A stretch of 64,000 nt of DNA from an uncultured Alphaproteobacteria bacterium (GTDB lineage Bacteria > Electryoneota > RPQS01). The notes beneath the pieces were generated by a model that had not been told where the DNA came from, ran no database searches, and saw only the letters and a list, made by a program, of their open reading frames with translations. The stretch is taken from NCBI GenBank assembly GCA_964530625.1, contig CAZHAK010000002.1:106756-170755 (forward strand), given 5' to 3'. Positions 39,832 to 48,990 of this stretch are shown piece by piece. A program made the translations under genes and the position numbers. Within the stretch, counting starts at the first letter, position 1. Every line of letters begins with the position of its first letter.

Positions 39832-41199
39832 CTAGTTAATGAATCCGAGTATTTCATCGGTCAATCGGTCAGCTTCTTCGAGCGTTTGGGCTTCTGCGAA
39901 TACGCGTACAATAGGCTCAGTGTTTGAGGCACGTGCTTGTACCCACGAATTACCGAGTCGCCATTTCAAACCGTCCAAAGTCTCCACTTTTCCAAAACGA
40001 TCGAAGCTGCGCAGACTGTCCAAAGCTTTACGCTGCTGTACGAGATCGGCAAACTCCATTTTCCTTTTGACAAGGTGATACTGCGGCATAGAATCAAAAA
40101 GTTCTGCAGAGGAGCCGCCGAACTCTAAGAGGGCTTGCAAGACGAGCGCCGTGCCAATCGCGGCGTCGCGCGACGCGTGAATCATCGGCAACATCACACC
40201 GCCGTTGCCTTCGCCGCCGAACGCGGCTTGGACTTCAAGCATTTTCTGGGCGACATGAGCTTCGCCGACTTTCGTTTCATAATAATCACGATTGAAACTT
40301 AGCGTGATATCTTTCAGCGCAAGACTTGTTGAACAGTTTGCGACGACAGGTCCAGCTATATGAGGCAGAGCCGCTAAGGCGGACGCGCATAGGGTCAACT
40401 CTTCACCCGCAGGTTTTCCGTCGGAGCGAATCAGCGCCAGCCGGTCGGCGTCAGGATCGAGCACAAAACCAATCTCAACGTTTGCGGCTTTCATCGCAGC
40501 GGCTACATCGCCGAGGTTTTCGGCAATCGGCTCAGGATTGCGCGGGAATTTTCCAGTCGGCTCAAGATGAAATCCTACAACATCGCAGCCAAGCAGCTCA
40601 AGCAACTTGTTTAGCAATTCTCCGCCTGCGCCATGAACGCCATCAATCCCAACACGAAACTTACGCGCGCGTAAGTCATCGACTCTCAGAAATGGAAGCG
40701 CAAGAACGGCGTTGATATGATTTTCTACGGCGAAGTCGTCCCGTTGATATCCACCCACTGCGAATGCGTCCACATCGAAGGACTCGTTGGATTCCACGGA
40801 CGTGCGAAGCGCTTTGCCGCGATCTTCATCAATGAACAGTCCGTTACTGCCGTAAAATTTCAGCGCGTTCCACTCGGCGGGATTGTGACTCGCTGTTATC
40901 GCGATGCCGCCAACTGCTTGGTGTTGCCGAATGGCCAAGGCAACGGTCGGAGTCGGTACAACGCCAACATCAATAACGCTTGCGCCAGACGAAGCCAATC
41001 CCGAGATGGTCGCCGCGCGCATCATGGTTTTGCTGACGCGGCTGTCACCTCCGATGATCACGGGTCCGGGAGCACAGCTCTTGCCGAAAGCTTGCGCCCA
41101 TCGCAGACACACTTCCGCAGTCATGCTCTTGCCGACGACGCCGCGTACTCCGGAAATCGAGATCATCAGCGGCGATTCATTCACCATTTTCCCGGCCAC
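39832..41199 (-). CDS. phosphoglucomutase/phosphomannomutase family protein
   Basis: TASHNPAEWN active-site Ser loop; adjacent to glgC. Confidence 0.75.
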   Translation of the reverse strand: MAGKMVNESPLMISISGVRGVVGKSMTAEVCLRWAQAFGKSCAPGPVIIGGDSRVSKTMMRAATISGLASSGASVIDVGVVPTPTVALAIRQHQAVGGIAITASHNPAEWNALKFYGSNGLFIDEDRGKALRTSVESNESFDVDAFAVGGYQRDDFAVENHINAVLALPFLRVDDLRARKFRVGIDGVHGAGGELLNKLLELLGCDVVGFHLEPTGKFPRNPEPIAENLGDVAAAMKAANVEIGFVLDPDADRLALIRSDGKPAGEELTLCASALAALPHIAGPVVANCSTSLALKDITLSFNRDYYETKVGEAHVAQKMLEVQAAFGGEGNGGVMLPMIHASRDAAIGTALVLQALLEFGGSSAELFDSMPQYHLVKRKMEFADLVQQRKALDSLRSFDRFGKVETLDGLKWRLGNSWVQARASNTEPIVRVFAEAQTLEEADRLTDEILGFIN

Positions 41200-41636
41200 T
41201 CTCTTCCGATGAATTCCGCGATCGCCTCCAAAAACTTCTGATCATTGATGTCGAAGTCGCCAATATTTTTGCCGTCAATATCAATTTCACCGATGATTAA
41301 GCCATCCGAGTAAATCGGCACGACGATTTCAGACTTTGTGTTAGTGAAGCAGGAAAGATAGCGCGGATCCGCATGGACGTCTTCGACGATTATGGTTTGT
41401 TCTTCACGCACGGCGGCTCCGCAAATTCCTTCCGCTATCGGAATGCGCGTATGCTCGGTAGGCTGATCACCCGTCCACGGCCCGAGATTCAGATGATGTC
41501 CGTCCACCCAATACAGTCCGATCCAATCGTACTTGGGATAGGTTTGCCGCAGTAATTCGCACAGTGCTTGAGCGCGCACGCGGAAATCACCCTGCGGAAG
41601 TTTACTGATTATTTTTGATGGAGAGTGTAAAGACAT
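41181..41636 (-). CDS. GAF domain protein (free Met-R-sulfoxide reductase-like)
   Basis: GAF fold with conserved Cys pattern (GICGAA). Confidence 0.65.
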   Translation of the reverse strand: MSLHSPSKIISKLPQGDFRVRAQALCELLRQTYPKYDWIGLYWVDGHHLNLGPWTGDQPTEHTRIPIAEGICGAAVREEQTIIVEDVHADPRYLSCFTNTKSEIVVPIYSDGLIIGEIDIDGKNIGDFDINDQKFLEAIAEFIGREWPGKW

Positions 41637-41639
41637 TTT

Positions 41640-43310
41640 CTAATTGTGCGAGCGGCACCATGCCAAAAACTCGTCCGCTGACCAAGCGGAGGGACAAAGC
41701 TCGCGTGGAATCGGGCCTTTGGAAGCCAAGTCAATACCGAACTCTATGTCGTCAAGCTCTTCGATGGTGTGAGAGTCGGGATTCAACGGAATGGGAATCT
41801 TGAGTTCCAATGCGCGCGGAAACCAACGCCAATCTAAATCCAGTCGGTGCGGGTTGCAATTCAGCTCGATGGATTTGCCGTTCTTTGCTGTGCATTCCAA
41901 AACTCTGTCGTGATTTACCGGATAACCTTCGCGCTTCAGAAGCAACCTGCCTGTCGGATGACCGAGAATGTCAACATGAGGATTTTCGAGAGCCTTGCAC
42001 AAGCGATCTGTGGCTTGCTCTTCAGTCATGCCGAATCCGGAATGAATACTTGCAACCACAAAGTCGAATCCCGCGAGCAAACTTTCGTCAAAATCCAATC
42101 GGCCATCGGTCAGAATGTCGCACTCGGTGCCCTTCAAAATTTTGAACGGCGCAAGTTCATCATTCAATAAATCAATTTCTTCCCATTGCTGAAGTACGCG
42201 ATCGGGAGTCAATCCGTTGGCATAGGCGGCGGCTTTCGAGTGATCGGCAATGCCCAAAAACTCGAAACCGCGCGCGATCATCGCCTCAGCCATTTGCCTT
42301 AGCGTGTGCTGTCCGTCAGAATAGGTTGTGTGGACGTGCAGTATTCCGCGAATATCTTTGCGCGTCAGTGCCGCAGGATACGGAGCCTCGCCGTCCGAAC
42401 GGAGCTTAAGGCCATCTTCGCGCAAGGGAGGCGGAACGACGATCAGTCCTAGCGCGCCATAAACATCTTCTTCCGTCGAAGCGGATGGAATCAAACCACG
42501 CACCTGCAACTCGGCAATATGCGGTTTTGAACCTGTCGCCAGAACTAATTTTGTGCCCAATTCGGCCGGAGAACAAATAGACAGTTCGATCTCCATTCCA
42601 GAAATATGCTTGCCGGACCAAACTGGCGAGTCGGTGTTATGCCAGATCAACTCCGGAAGCTTCGTAAAATATCTCTTCAATACATCATGGTCAGCCGTGT
42701 CAGCACCGACGATGCAATCCAAATCGCCGACGGTTTCAGAGCATCTGCGCAAACTTCCGCAAAAGTGGACGGAAATCACACCGGGAATCGCGGCAATCTG
42801 CTGTTCGACTTGCGCCGCGACAGCCTTAGCGTGATGACGTAATCTGCGCGATCCGATGGTTTTCAAAAATGCAAGGCTTGCGCTGAATTTCTCAACCGTC
42901 TTGCCTCCGAAACCGGAGAGCTTGGTTAGAGACCCCGCTTCAATTGCGGCTTCAAGATCGGCAAGTGATTCGACGTTTGCATCCTTCCAAAGTGTGCGCG
43001 CTTTCTTAGGGCCAAGTCCATCCACTTTCATCAACTCCAAGACACCAGACGGAACGCGCACTCGAGCCGCATCAAGGTCGGCGAATGTCCCAGTCGTCAC
43101 CGCATCACGAATGCACTGCGCGACGGCCGCACCGACCCCGCGCACTTTCGATAGGCGATCTCCGATCAGGAGTTCATCAAGCGTGGCTGAAACCGAATCA
43201 AGTTGTCGAGCGGCGTTGGCAAAAGCCTTCGCTCGAAACTCGTCCTCATTGATCAAGTCAAGCAGGACAGCATACTCTTCCAGCAGCGCAACAACGTCAG
43301 CGCGAGTCAT
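41640..43310 (-). CDS. DNA polymerase X family protein with C-terminal PHP domain
   Basis: N-terminal HhH/Pol-beta-like domains plus PHP (HVHTTYSDG). Confidence 0.8.
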   Translation of the reverse strand: MTRADVVALLEEYAVLLDLINEDEFRAKAFANAARQLDSVSATLDELLIGDRLSKVRGVGAAVAQCIRDAVTTGTFADLDAARVRVPSGVLELMKVDGLGPKKARTLWKDANVESLADLEAAIEAGSLTKLSGFGGKTVEKFSASLAFLKTIGSRRLRHHAKAVAAQVEQQIAAIPGVISVHFCGSLRRCSETVGDLDCIVGADTADHDVLKRYFTKLPELIWHNTDSPVWSGKHISGMEIELSICSPAELGTKLVLATGSKPHIAELQVRGLIPSASTEEDVYGALGLIVVPPPLREDGLKLRSDGEAPYPAALTRKDIRGILHVHTTYSDGQHTLRQMAEAMIARGFEFLGIADHSKAAAYANGLTPDRVLQQWEEIDLLNDELAPFKILKGTECDILTDGRLDFDESLLAGFDFVVASIHSGFGMTEEQATDRLCKALENPHVDILGHPTGRLLLKREGYPVNHDRVLECTAKNGKSIELNCNPHRLDLDWRWFPRALELKIPIPLNPDSHTIEELDDIEFGIDLASKGPIPRELCPSAWSADEFLAWCRSHN

Positions 43311-43313
43311 GAA

Positions 43314-43835
43314 TCAGACGGCAAGCAATTCAATGAACTTCGCCATGAACGCGGGCAAGTCATCGGGCTTTCTGGAGGTGACGAGATTTTTGTCTATGAC
43401 AACTTCCTCGTCCACCCATTTCGCTCCGGCATTAACCATATCGTCGCGGATGGCGACAAAACTTGTAACCTTGCGGCTTCTCAAGACCCCCGCCGAGGCT
43501 AAGACCCAACCGCCATGGCAAATGCACGCGATAGGTTTCTTGGCGCGATTTAACTCACGCACGAGATTGAGCACGGGTTCCGACATGCGAAGTCGGTCAG
43601 GTGCCCATCCACCGGGAATGACCAGACCATCCAAGCTCGCGGCTTTGATCTTGTCCGCGCTCTTGTCTACTTTGACGGGATAGCCGTACTTGCCGATGTA
43701 TTCTGGTGCGGAGCCGGTTCCGACGACGATTACTTTCGCGCCGGCCTCGCGCAACCGCATAATCGGGTACCAAACTTCGAGGTCTTGATAATGGTGCTCG
43801 ACAAGCACGCCGATCTTTTTGACTGAGATACTCAT
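43314..43835 (-). CDS. DJ-1/PfpI family protein
   Basis: CICHGGW nucleophile elbow. Confidence 0.8.
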   Translation of the reverse strand: MSISVKKIGVLVEHHYQDLEVWYPIMRLREAGAKVIVVGTGSAPEYIGKYGYPVKVDKSADKIKAASLDGLVIPGGWAPDRLRMSEPVLNLVRELNRAKKPIACICHGGWVLASAGVLRSRKVTSFVAIRDDMVNAGAKWVDEEVVIDKNLVTSRKPDDLPAFMAKFIELLAV

Positions 43836-43842
43836 ATGTGAA

Positions 43843-44790
43843 TCATTTCATAACTCTGCGACGCAACGATCCAGCCCGCCTTGCAAATGCGGGCGCATCC
43901 ATCAGTACAATTCCCGCGATAACCAAGATGCCGCCGAAGATTAGGGGCAGGCCAATGATTTCACCGACGAAGTAAGTAGAAAGTGCCGTCGCGACGACCG
44001 GCTGCGGTGTGGTGAGAATGGCGACTTGTGATGGATCAATCATGGTCAGGATTTTGTACCAGACCGTGTAGGCTAAAACCGTTAAGACAAGTCCGGCATA
44101 GAACACGCCTCCCCAGCCGATCCAAGTGATGTTTGTATACTCTTGCATAACCGCCGGATACACAAGTAACGGCAGGCCGAGAAAAGAACCGAGCAATAGC
44201 ACGGTGCCGGTTGCCGTAATTGCTCCATACTTGTGGACAATCGGTTTGCCCAGCACAGTATATGTAGCCCATGCCAAAACCGCTATAAAAATATAAACGT
44301 CGCCGACGAACAAGTCCGAACTTGTGTCAATGTTGTCGCCTTGGGTCACGATCAAAACCAATCCTGCAAGCGACACGATGATCGCAATGATTTTGTGCCG
44401 CAGAATTTTTTCGTAGCCCATTGCGGCGGACAAGAACAGCGCAAAGACGGCGGTCGTGCCGTAGAGCAGAGACGCATGCGACGGCATGGTCTTGCTGATT
44501 CCGACCAAATAGATAATCTGATTGATCGGCACAGCCACGATGGCGAGCAACAATATTCGCGGAAAGTCCGCGCGGTCAATCTTTCTCCATGACCGCGTGG
44601 CAAACATCAGTAAAGTCAGCCCTACGACTCCAACGCACAACCGCCAGAAGGCGTAGGCGTAAGGATCCCATTCCCGCAGCGCAAGTTTATTGACGACGTA
44701 GCCGCCGCCGGTAACAGTAAAGTGCGTCACCATGAGCGTCAGCAGCACGATGCGCACAGACCATGCGGACTTAGCGGTTGAAGAGTTCAA
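43843..44790 (-). CDS. EamA/DMT family transporter
   Basis: 10 TM, duplicated EamA halves. Confidence 0.7.
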   Translation of the reverse strand: MNSSTAKSAWSVRIVLLTLMVTHFTVTGGGYVVNKLALREWDPYAYAFWRLCVGVVGLTLLMFATRSWRKIDRADFPRILLLAIVAVPINQIIYLVGISKTMPSHASLLYGTTAVFALFLSAAMGYEKILRHKIIAIIVSLAGLVLIVTQGDNIDTSSDLFVGDVYIFIAVLAWATYTVLGKPIVHKYGAITATGTVLLLGSFLGLPLLVYPAVMQEYTNITWIGWGGVFYAGLVLTVLAYTVWYKILTMIDPSQVAILTTPQPVVATALSTYFVGEIIGLPLIFGGILVIAGIVLMDAPAFARRAGSLRRRVMK

Positions 44791-45460
44791 GCAGCTCCGA
44801 AGTCCGGCTCAAGTCTTCGTATACTTTATCGGCACCCGCCTTCCGCAACATCTCGACGTTGTACTTCCCACCCGTCGCCACGGCCAGCGTCCGCACTCCA
44901 ATTTTCTGCGCTCCGTGAACATCGTGCTCGGTGTCGCCAATCACCCATGTGTCTTCAGGTGCGAAATGTCTTTGGTAATGCGAAGCGGAAGCCTCTACCG
45001 CATCCGTCAAGATCATATACCGTTCTTCGTGCACGTCGCCGAATCCGCCGACTGGAAAAAAATGATCCAAGTTGAAATGACGAATCTTGGTTCTCCCGCC
45101 TGCTTCCATGTTACCAGTGCCGAGTGCCAGCGCGAAGTCGTCTTTGCGCTGGGTCAGTGCATCTAAAAGCTCACGCACGCCGACATGCACCCGCGCTCCG
45201 GGACTGTCTTGAATTGAACGGGGAAGTGCCTCAAGATAGAGTGGCTTAAAGGCCTCGTATTCTGAGCGCCAATCACCATTTAATCCGGTGCGTAGAAAGA
45301 ACTCTCTGAAAATCAGAGGGTCGGTCCTGCCATGCATGGAAAAACCTTCAGTGATTGGGTCTCTTCCGAATCTCTGTGCAAAGGCCTTCACGTAGGCTCG
45401 GGTGGTTGCCCCGTCCAGGCTGGTCAGAGTCCCGTCGATATCGAAAATTAGCAATTTCAT
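44771..45460 (-). CDS. HAD family hydrolase
   Basis: FDIDGTLT motif I. Confidence 0.7.
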   Translation of the reverse strand: MKLLIFDIDGTLTSLDGATTRAYVKAFAQRFGRDPITEGFSMHGRTDPLIFREFFLRTGLNGDWRSEYEAFKPLYLEALPRSIQDSPGARVHVGVRELLDALTQRKDDFALALGTGNMEAGGRTKIRHFNLDHFFPVGGFGDVHEERYMILTDAVEASASHYQRHFAPEDTWVIGDTEHDVHGAQKIGVRTLAVATGGKYNVEMLRKAGADKVYEDLSRTSELLELFNR

Positions 45461-46035
45461 GGCTTTCCGTATACAGCAATTTAAGATAACCCAACGGGAT
45501 AGTCAAGGCGGCGGCGTAGCGATTGATTCTCATGAGAACTCCGACTATCTTAGTTACCAATCAAAAACGGGGGAATCAGTATGTAGACAAGTTCGGGTAG
45601 AAGCGGGCTGCCAGTGTCGCGACTTTGTGTGGAAACAATGACGGTCGGTCATCCGGAGTATATTGTGATCAGGCCGAAGCCGGGAAATCATTGAGGCGTA
45701 CTTGAATGCTCGGCACAATGTTGTTGACTCTCGAATGTTTACGCGATAGGGGACTCCGAAACGATTCTCGGCAGTCGCGGAAAGGATATTGGAGTCCAAA
45801 CTTTTGCTCAGCATAAGGCGAGTTCGGTGGGAGAGCAATTAACTATTTCTGAGGACGTCTATCATCACATGCTGGCTATCAAACCGCCATATCGTCCTTT
45901 CCCTCTGGCGATGCATGTCTTTGCGATAAAGCTTAGAACGAAACAAGACTACACGAGTTAATTCAAACTATACACGCGATTTAGAGTACCGGAAAACCTC
46001 ACATCGCGTAACCAATAAGAAAAGGAAAACCGGAT

Positions 46036-46722
46036 ATGCGAATTTTTGTCTTTTGCCTCCTTTGGGCTGGAACAGCTCATGCCGCGGATACTTACGTCAA
46101 CGGCCAGTTTCACCGCGACTTCAATCGCGAAGTGTTTACGTCCACGATAGAATTTTGGAGTGGCGACAAGTTAGGCTCGACGTTTTTTTTCGCGGATTTC
46201 GACTTCGCTTCGTCAGGCGAGACCCAATCATATTTTGAAATTTCCCGTCACATCTTTCTGGGTCGAATCAAGAAGCTTGGTCACCTGAACGCCTCGCTCC
46301 AGTTCAACGACGGAGTGACCGGAGTAGACGGTTTTGGCCGAAAACTGATTCCACGCACTGTGCTGGGGGGGGTGGCCCTGACGGAGCTTAAAGCTGGCAA
46401 CGCAGTTTTCGAGATACAAGCCCTGTTGCGTCAGGAGTTTGCCTCAGACTTAGGGTGGCAACTTACCGGCGTTTGGTTCGTTCCAATAAGTAAGAGTCCG
46501 TTCGAGTTTTTGGGGTTTGTGGATTGGAACTCGAATGAGTACGGGGAACAGCCGGTTTCGATACAGGCGGAGCCGCAATTTCAATATCGCTGGCGGCAGC
46601 TTGCGCTGGGGACGGAAGGGGAGATTTCGCGGAATTTCGCGGGGGCATTTACCGAGGAGGAGGGCTACGAGACGGGTAAATGGTACTTTCATCCGACCCT
46701 GTATGTCCGTTATGATTTCTAA
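46036..46722 (+). CDS. outer-membrane beta-barrel protein (C-terminal Phe)
   Basis: Signal peptide (AHA), ends YVRYDF. Confidence 0.5.
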   Translation: MRIFVFCLLWAGTAHAADTYVNGQFHRDFNREVFTSTIEFWSGDKLGSTFFFADFDFASSGETQSYFEISRHIFLGRIKKLGHLNASLQFNDGVTGVDGFGRKLIPRTVLGGVALTELKAGNAVFEIQALLRQEFASDLGWQLTGVWFVPISKSPFEFLGFVDWNSNEYGEQPVSIQAEPQFQYRWRQLALGTEGEISRNFAGAFTEEEGYETGKWYFHPTLYVRYDF

Positions 46723-46745
46723 CAAATGGGCAGCATGCGTGCCTC

Positions 46746-46767
46746 GCCCTCTCAAAGGAGAGGGTCA
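46746..46767 (+). terminator. hairpin after OMP gene
   Basis: GCCCTCTCaaagGAGAGGGT; no U-tract. Confidence 0.3.
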
Positions 46768-46826
46768 AGAATTGCTAACTCTATAATAATAAAGACTTAG
46801 TTTGTAAGTAAAGCATTTTGAGATGC

Positions 46827-46854
46827 TTGACAAGTCCCAAGAGGTTTGTATATT
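46827..46854 (+). promoter_or_regulatory. sigma70-like promoter upstream of tRNA (TTGACA-16 nt-TATATT)
   Basis: Consensus hexamers about 100 nt upstream of tRNA. Confidence 0.5.
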
Positions 46855-46956
46855 AAGAGTCTACGCTGGTTTGGAGTCTCGGACGACACGCGGGTTCCGC
46901 GGTGACCGTGAGGCGCCGCCTCCACCTCGGGCAGTCCGGGGCGACTGGCGGAGCAT

Positions 46957-47029
<73 letters not shown>

Positions 47030-47149
47030 CCGCGCGGCGACCACCGGTACCAGCGATGAAAAGGAGTTCCTTGTTTTGCGCACCACGCTGTTTTATGACA
47101 CCACATTTGACTCCCAGTGCAGCGTGGGCAGGGAAATGCAGTTCGATCA

Positions 47150-47181
47150 GGGTGTGCGGACCGGTTTTCGCGCACCCTTTT
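47150..47181 (+). terminator. rho-independent terminator of tRNA transcript
   Basis: GGGTGTGCGG..CGCGCACCC + TTTT. Confidence 0.6.
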
Positions 47182-47227
47182 CTCGTTTAATAGGCACATT
47201 CACAGTTTTTAGATAGGCAAAGAAGAA

Positions 47228-47971
47228 GTGATCATTCAGGATGCGACGCCGGAACAGATTCGCAGCGCACTAAAGGCGCTGTCAGAGATTCAAGAAATTG
47301 ATTTAGAGTTAGCGGAAATAGCCGAGGAACGGGGTGGACTGCCCGAGAAGGTCCAGGCCTTGACCGACCGGATAGCCGAGTACGAGATCTTTATAGAAAC
47401 CAAGGATCATGAGCGAGTGGATTCGGAGAAGATATCCGGCGAAACCGGGCACAAACTTGCCGTGGCTCGAGAGAAGCTGACGAAATATCAGGAACAGCTC
47501 TATGCGGTGAAGACGACGCGGGAATACGACGCAATAACGACCGAGCAGGAGACAGCCAAGCGGGAAATCGGCGAATTCGAATTGCTGATCTCCACAAATA
47601 CGACTCGCGCGGTTGAACTCTTGCAACTTGTGGAAGAGAAGCAAGCTGAGCTTGAGCAGCTTCGCAAGGACAAAATCGCCAGCGAGGCAGAGCTTGAGAA
47701 AAAGTTGCGCGACACGGAAGGCGAAGAGAAGGAACTGCTCGCTCGCCGGGCTATCGCCGCAGCCGTGCTAAACCCCCGCTTGTTGGTTCACTATGAGCGC
47801 ATTCGCGACGCCAAGGACGGCCGGGGTATTGCTACCTTAGTCGGCGAAGCCTGCGGCGGCTGTTTCGCTTTGATTCCACCTCAGACGCAAGTGATTATCA
47901 AGCAGTCGCGCGATATTTACGCCTGCGAAGCATGCGGCAGATTCATCGCTCCCGACTCCGAAATCAACTAA
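47228..47971 (+). CDS. COG1579/DUF164 zinc-ribbon coiled-coil protein
   Basis: Long coiled coil plus C-terminal CGGC...CEACG ribbon. Confidence 0.7.
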   Translation: MIIQDATPEQIRSALKALSEIQEIDLELAEIAEERGGLPEKVQALTDRIAEYEIFIETKDHERVDSEKISGETGHKLAVAREKLTKYQEQLYAVKTTREYDAITTEQETAKREIGEFELLISTNTTRAVELLQLVEEKQAELEQLRKDKIASEAELEKKLRDTEGEEKELLARRAIAAAVLNPRLLVHYERIRDAKDGRGIATLVGEACGGCFALIPPQTQVIIKQSRDIYACEACGRFIAPDSEIN

Positions 47972-48403
47972 TTGGAACTTCTCGCGCACATTGACGGCGG
48001 CGCACGCGGCAATCCCGGACCGGCGGCGATTGGAGTCGTGATTCACGATGACAAGGGCAACCTTCTTTATGAAGAAGGTACCTTTATCGGTCACGGGACG
48101 AACAACGAAGCCGAGTACAAAGCGCTGATCAGATTACTCGAAGTTTGCGCGACGGATCCGGTCATACAAGCAAGCGGCGCGAGTATATTGCGCGTAGCCT
48201 GTGACAGCCTGCTGGTCGTCAATCAGGTTTTAGGGGAGTGGAAGATTAAAGAACCCCGCCTGCAAGAACTGAACGCCGAAGTCCAGCAAAAAAAAGCGAT
48301 ACTGAATGGCCTGACTCCCAGAATCCGCCACGTCCGCAGGGAAGAGAATAAGGATGCGGATAAGTTGGTGAATCGGGCGTTGGATGAGGCGGAGAAAGCG
48401 TAG
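47972..48403 (+). CDS. rnhA: ribonuclease HI
   Basis: DGGARGNPGPAA, TNNEAEY motifs. Confidence 0.85.
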   Translation: MELLAHIDGGARGNPGPAAIGVVIHDDKGNLLYEEGTFIGHGTNNEAEYKALIRLLEVCATDPVIQASGASILRVACDSLLVVNQVLGEWKIKEPRLQELNAEVQQKKAILNGLTPRIRHVRREENKDADKLVNRALDEAEKA

Positions 48404-48417
48404 TTAGAATTGTTTGC

Positions 48418-48860
48418 GGTTCGCCGGGTGATCGCGGTTGACTTCGGTCAATCGAGGAAAGTCCGAACTTCATAGAGCAGAGCGCCGGCTAACGGCCGGG
48501 TGTGGTGACGCAACGGAAAGTGCCACAGAAAATATACCGCCGGGGGAAAGTCAGAAATCTGAAGTCAGAAGTCAGAATGCAGAGTCTGCTTACTTCATAC
48601 TTCATACTTCATATTTCATACTTCTGACTTTTCTCCGGTAAGGGTGAAATGGTGCGGTAAGAGCGCACCGCGCATTCAGTAATGGATGTGGCAGGGAAAA
48701 CCCCGCTCGAAGCAAGGCCAAGTATGTCGGGAGTCTTTGCTGCTCGCAAAGCTAAAGTCCCGGCGGGTAGGCCGCCCGAGGTGATGAGTAATCATCATCC
48801 CAGATAGATGATCACCCCTCTGGCAACGGAGGACAGAATTCGGCTTATAGGCGAACCCAC
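48418..48860 (+). ncRNA. rnpB: RNase P RNA, bacterial type A, with expanded P12
   Basis: GAGGAAAGTCCG (P4), GGTAAGGGTGAAATGGTGCGGTAAGAGCGCACCGC, ACAGAATTCGGCTTAT. P1 pairing GGTTCGCC/GGCGAACC. P3 hairpin GTTGACttcgGTCAATC. Confidence 0.8.
48546..48633 (+). repeat. heptamer-tandem-repeat palindromic element inside rnpB P12 (GAAGTCA x2 ... ACTTCAT x5)
   Basis: Tandem 7-mers; arms GAAAGTCAGAA/TTCTGACTTTTC close the helix. Confidence 0.5.
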
Positions 48861-48865
48861 AATTT

Positions 48866-48944
48866 AAGTATGAAGAATGAAGTCAGAAGTATGAAAACGT
48901 GCTTTCTGACTTCAGACTTCAGACTTCAGATTTCTGACTTTTTT
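48866..48944 (+). repeat. inverted related copy of the P12 element, 5 nt downstream of rnpB 3' end
   Basis: Its reverse complement shares identical 20-nt (AAAGTCAGAAATCTGAAGTC) and 17-nt (TTTCATACTTCTGACTT) blocks with the P12 element. Ends in T6. Confidence 0.5.
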
Positions 48945-48990
48945 GCACCCCCCAATAAGTTTTTTGTTTATATGAAATACAGGAAGAGCC

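Noticed and set aside
47043-47150. 43-codon Cys-rich ORF (MKRSSLFCAPRCFMTPHL...) in the tRNA trailer
   Set aside because: No SD/start context (the AAAGGAG sits inside the ORF), lies in a structured tRNA trailer, and there are no nearby peptide-modification genes; more likely non-coding.
48438-48641. 67-aa ORF inside the RNase P RNA
   Set aside because: Falls entirely within rnpB conserved core and the P12 repeat.
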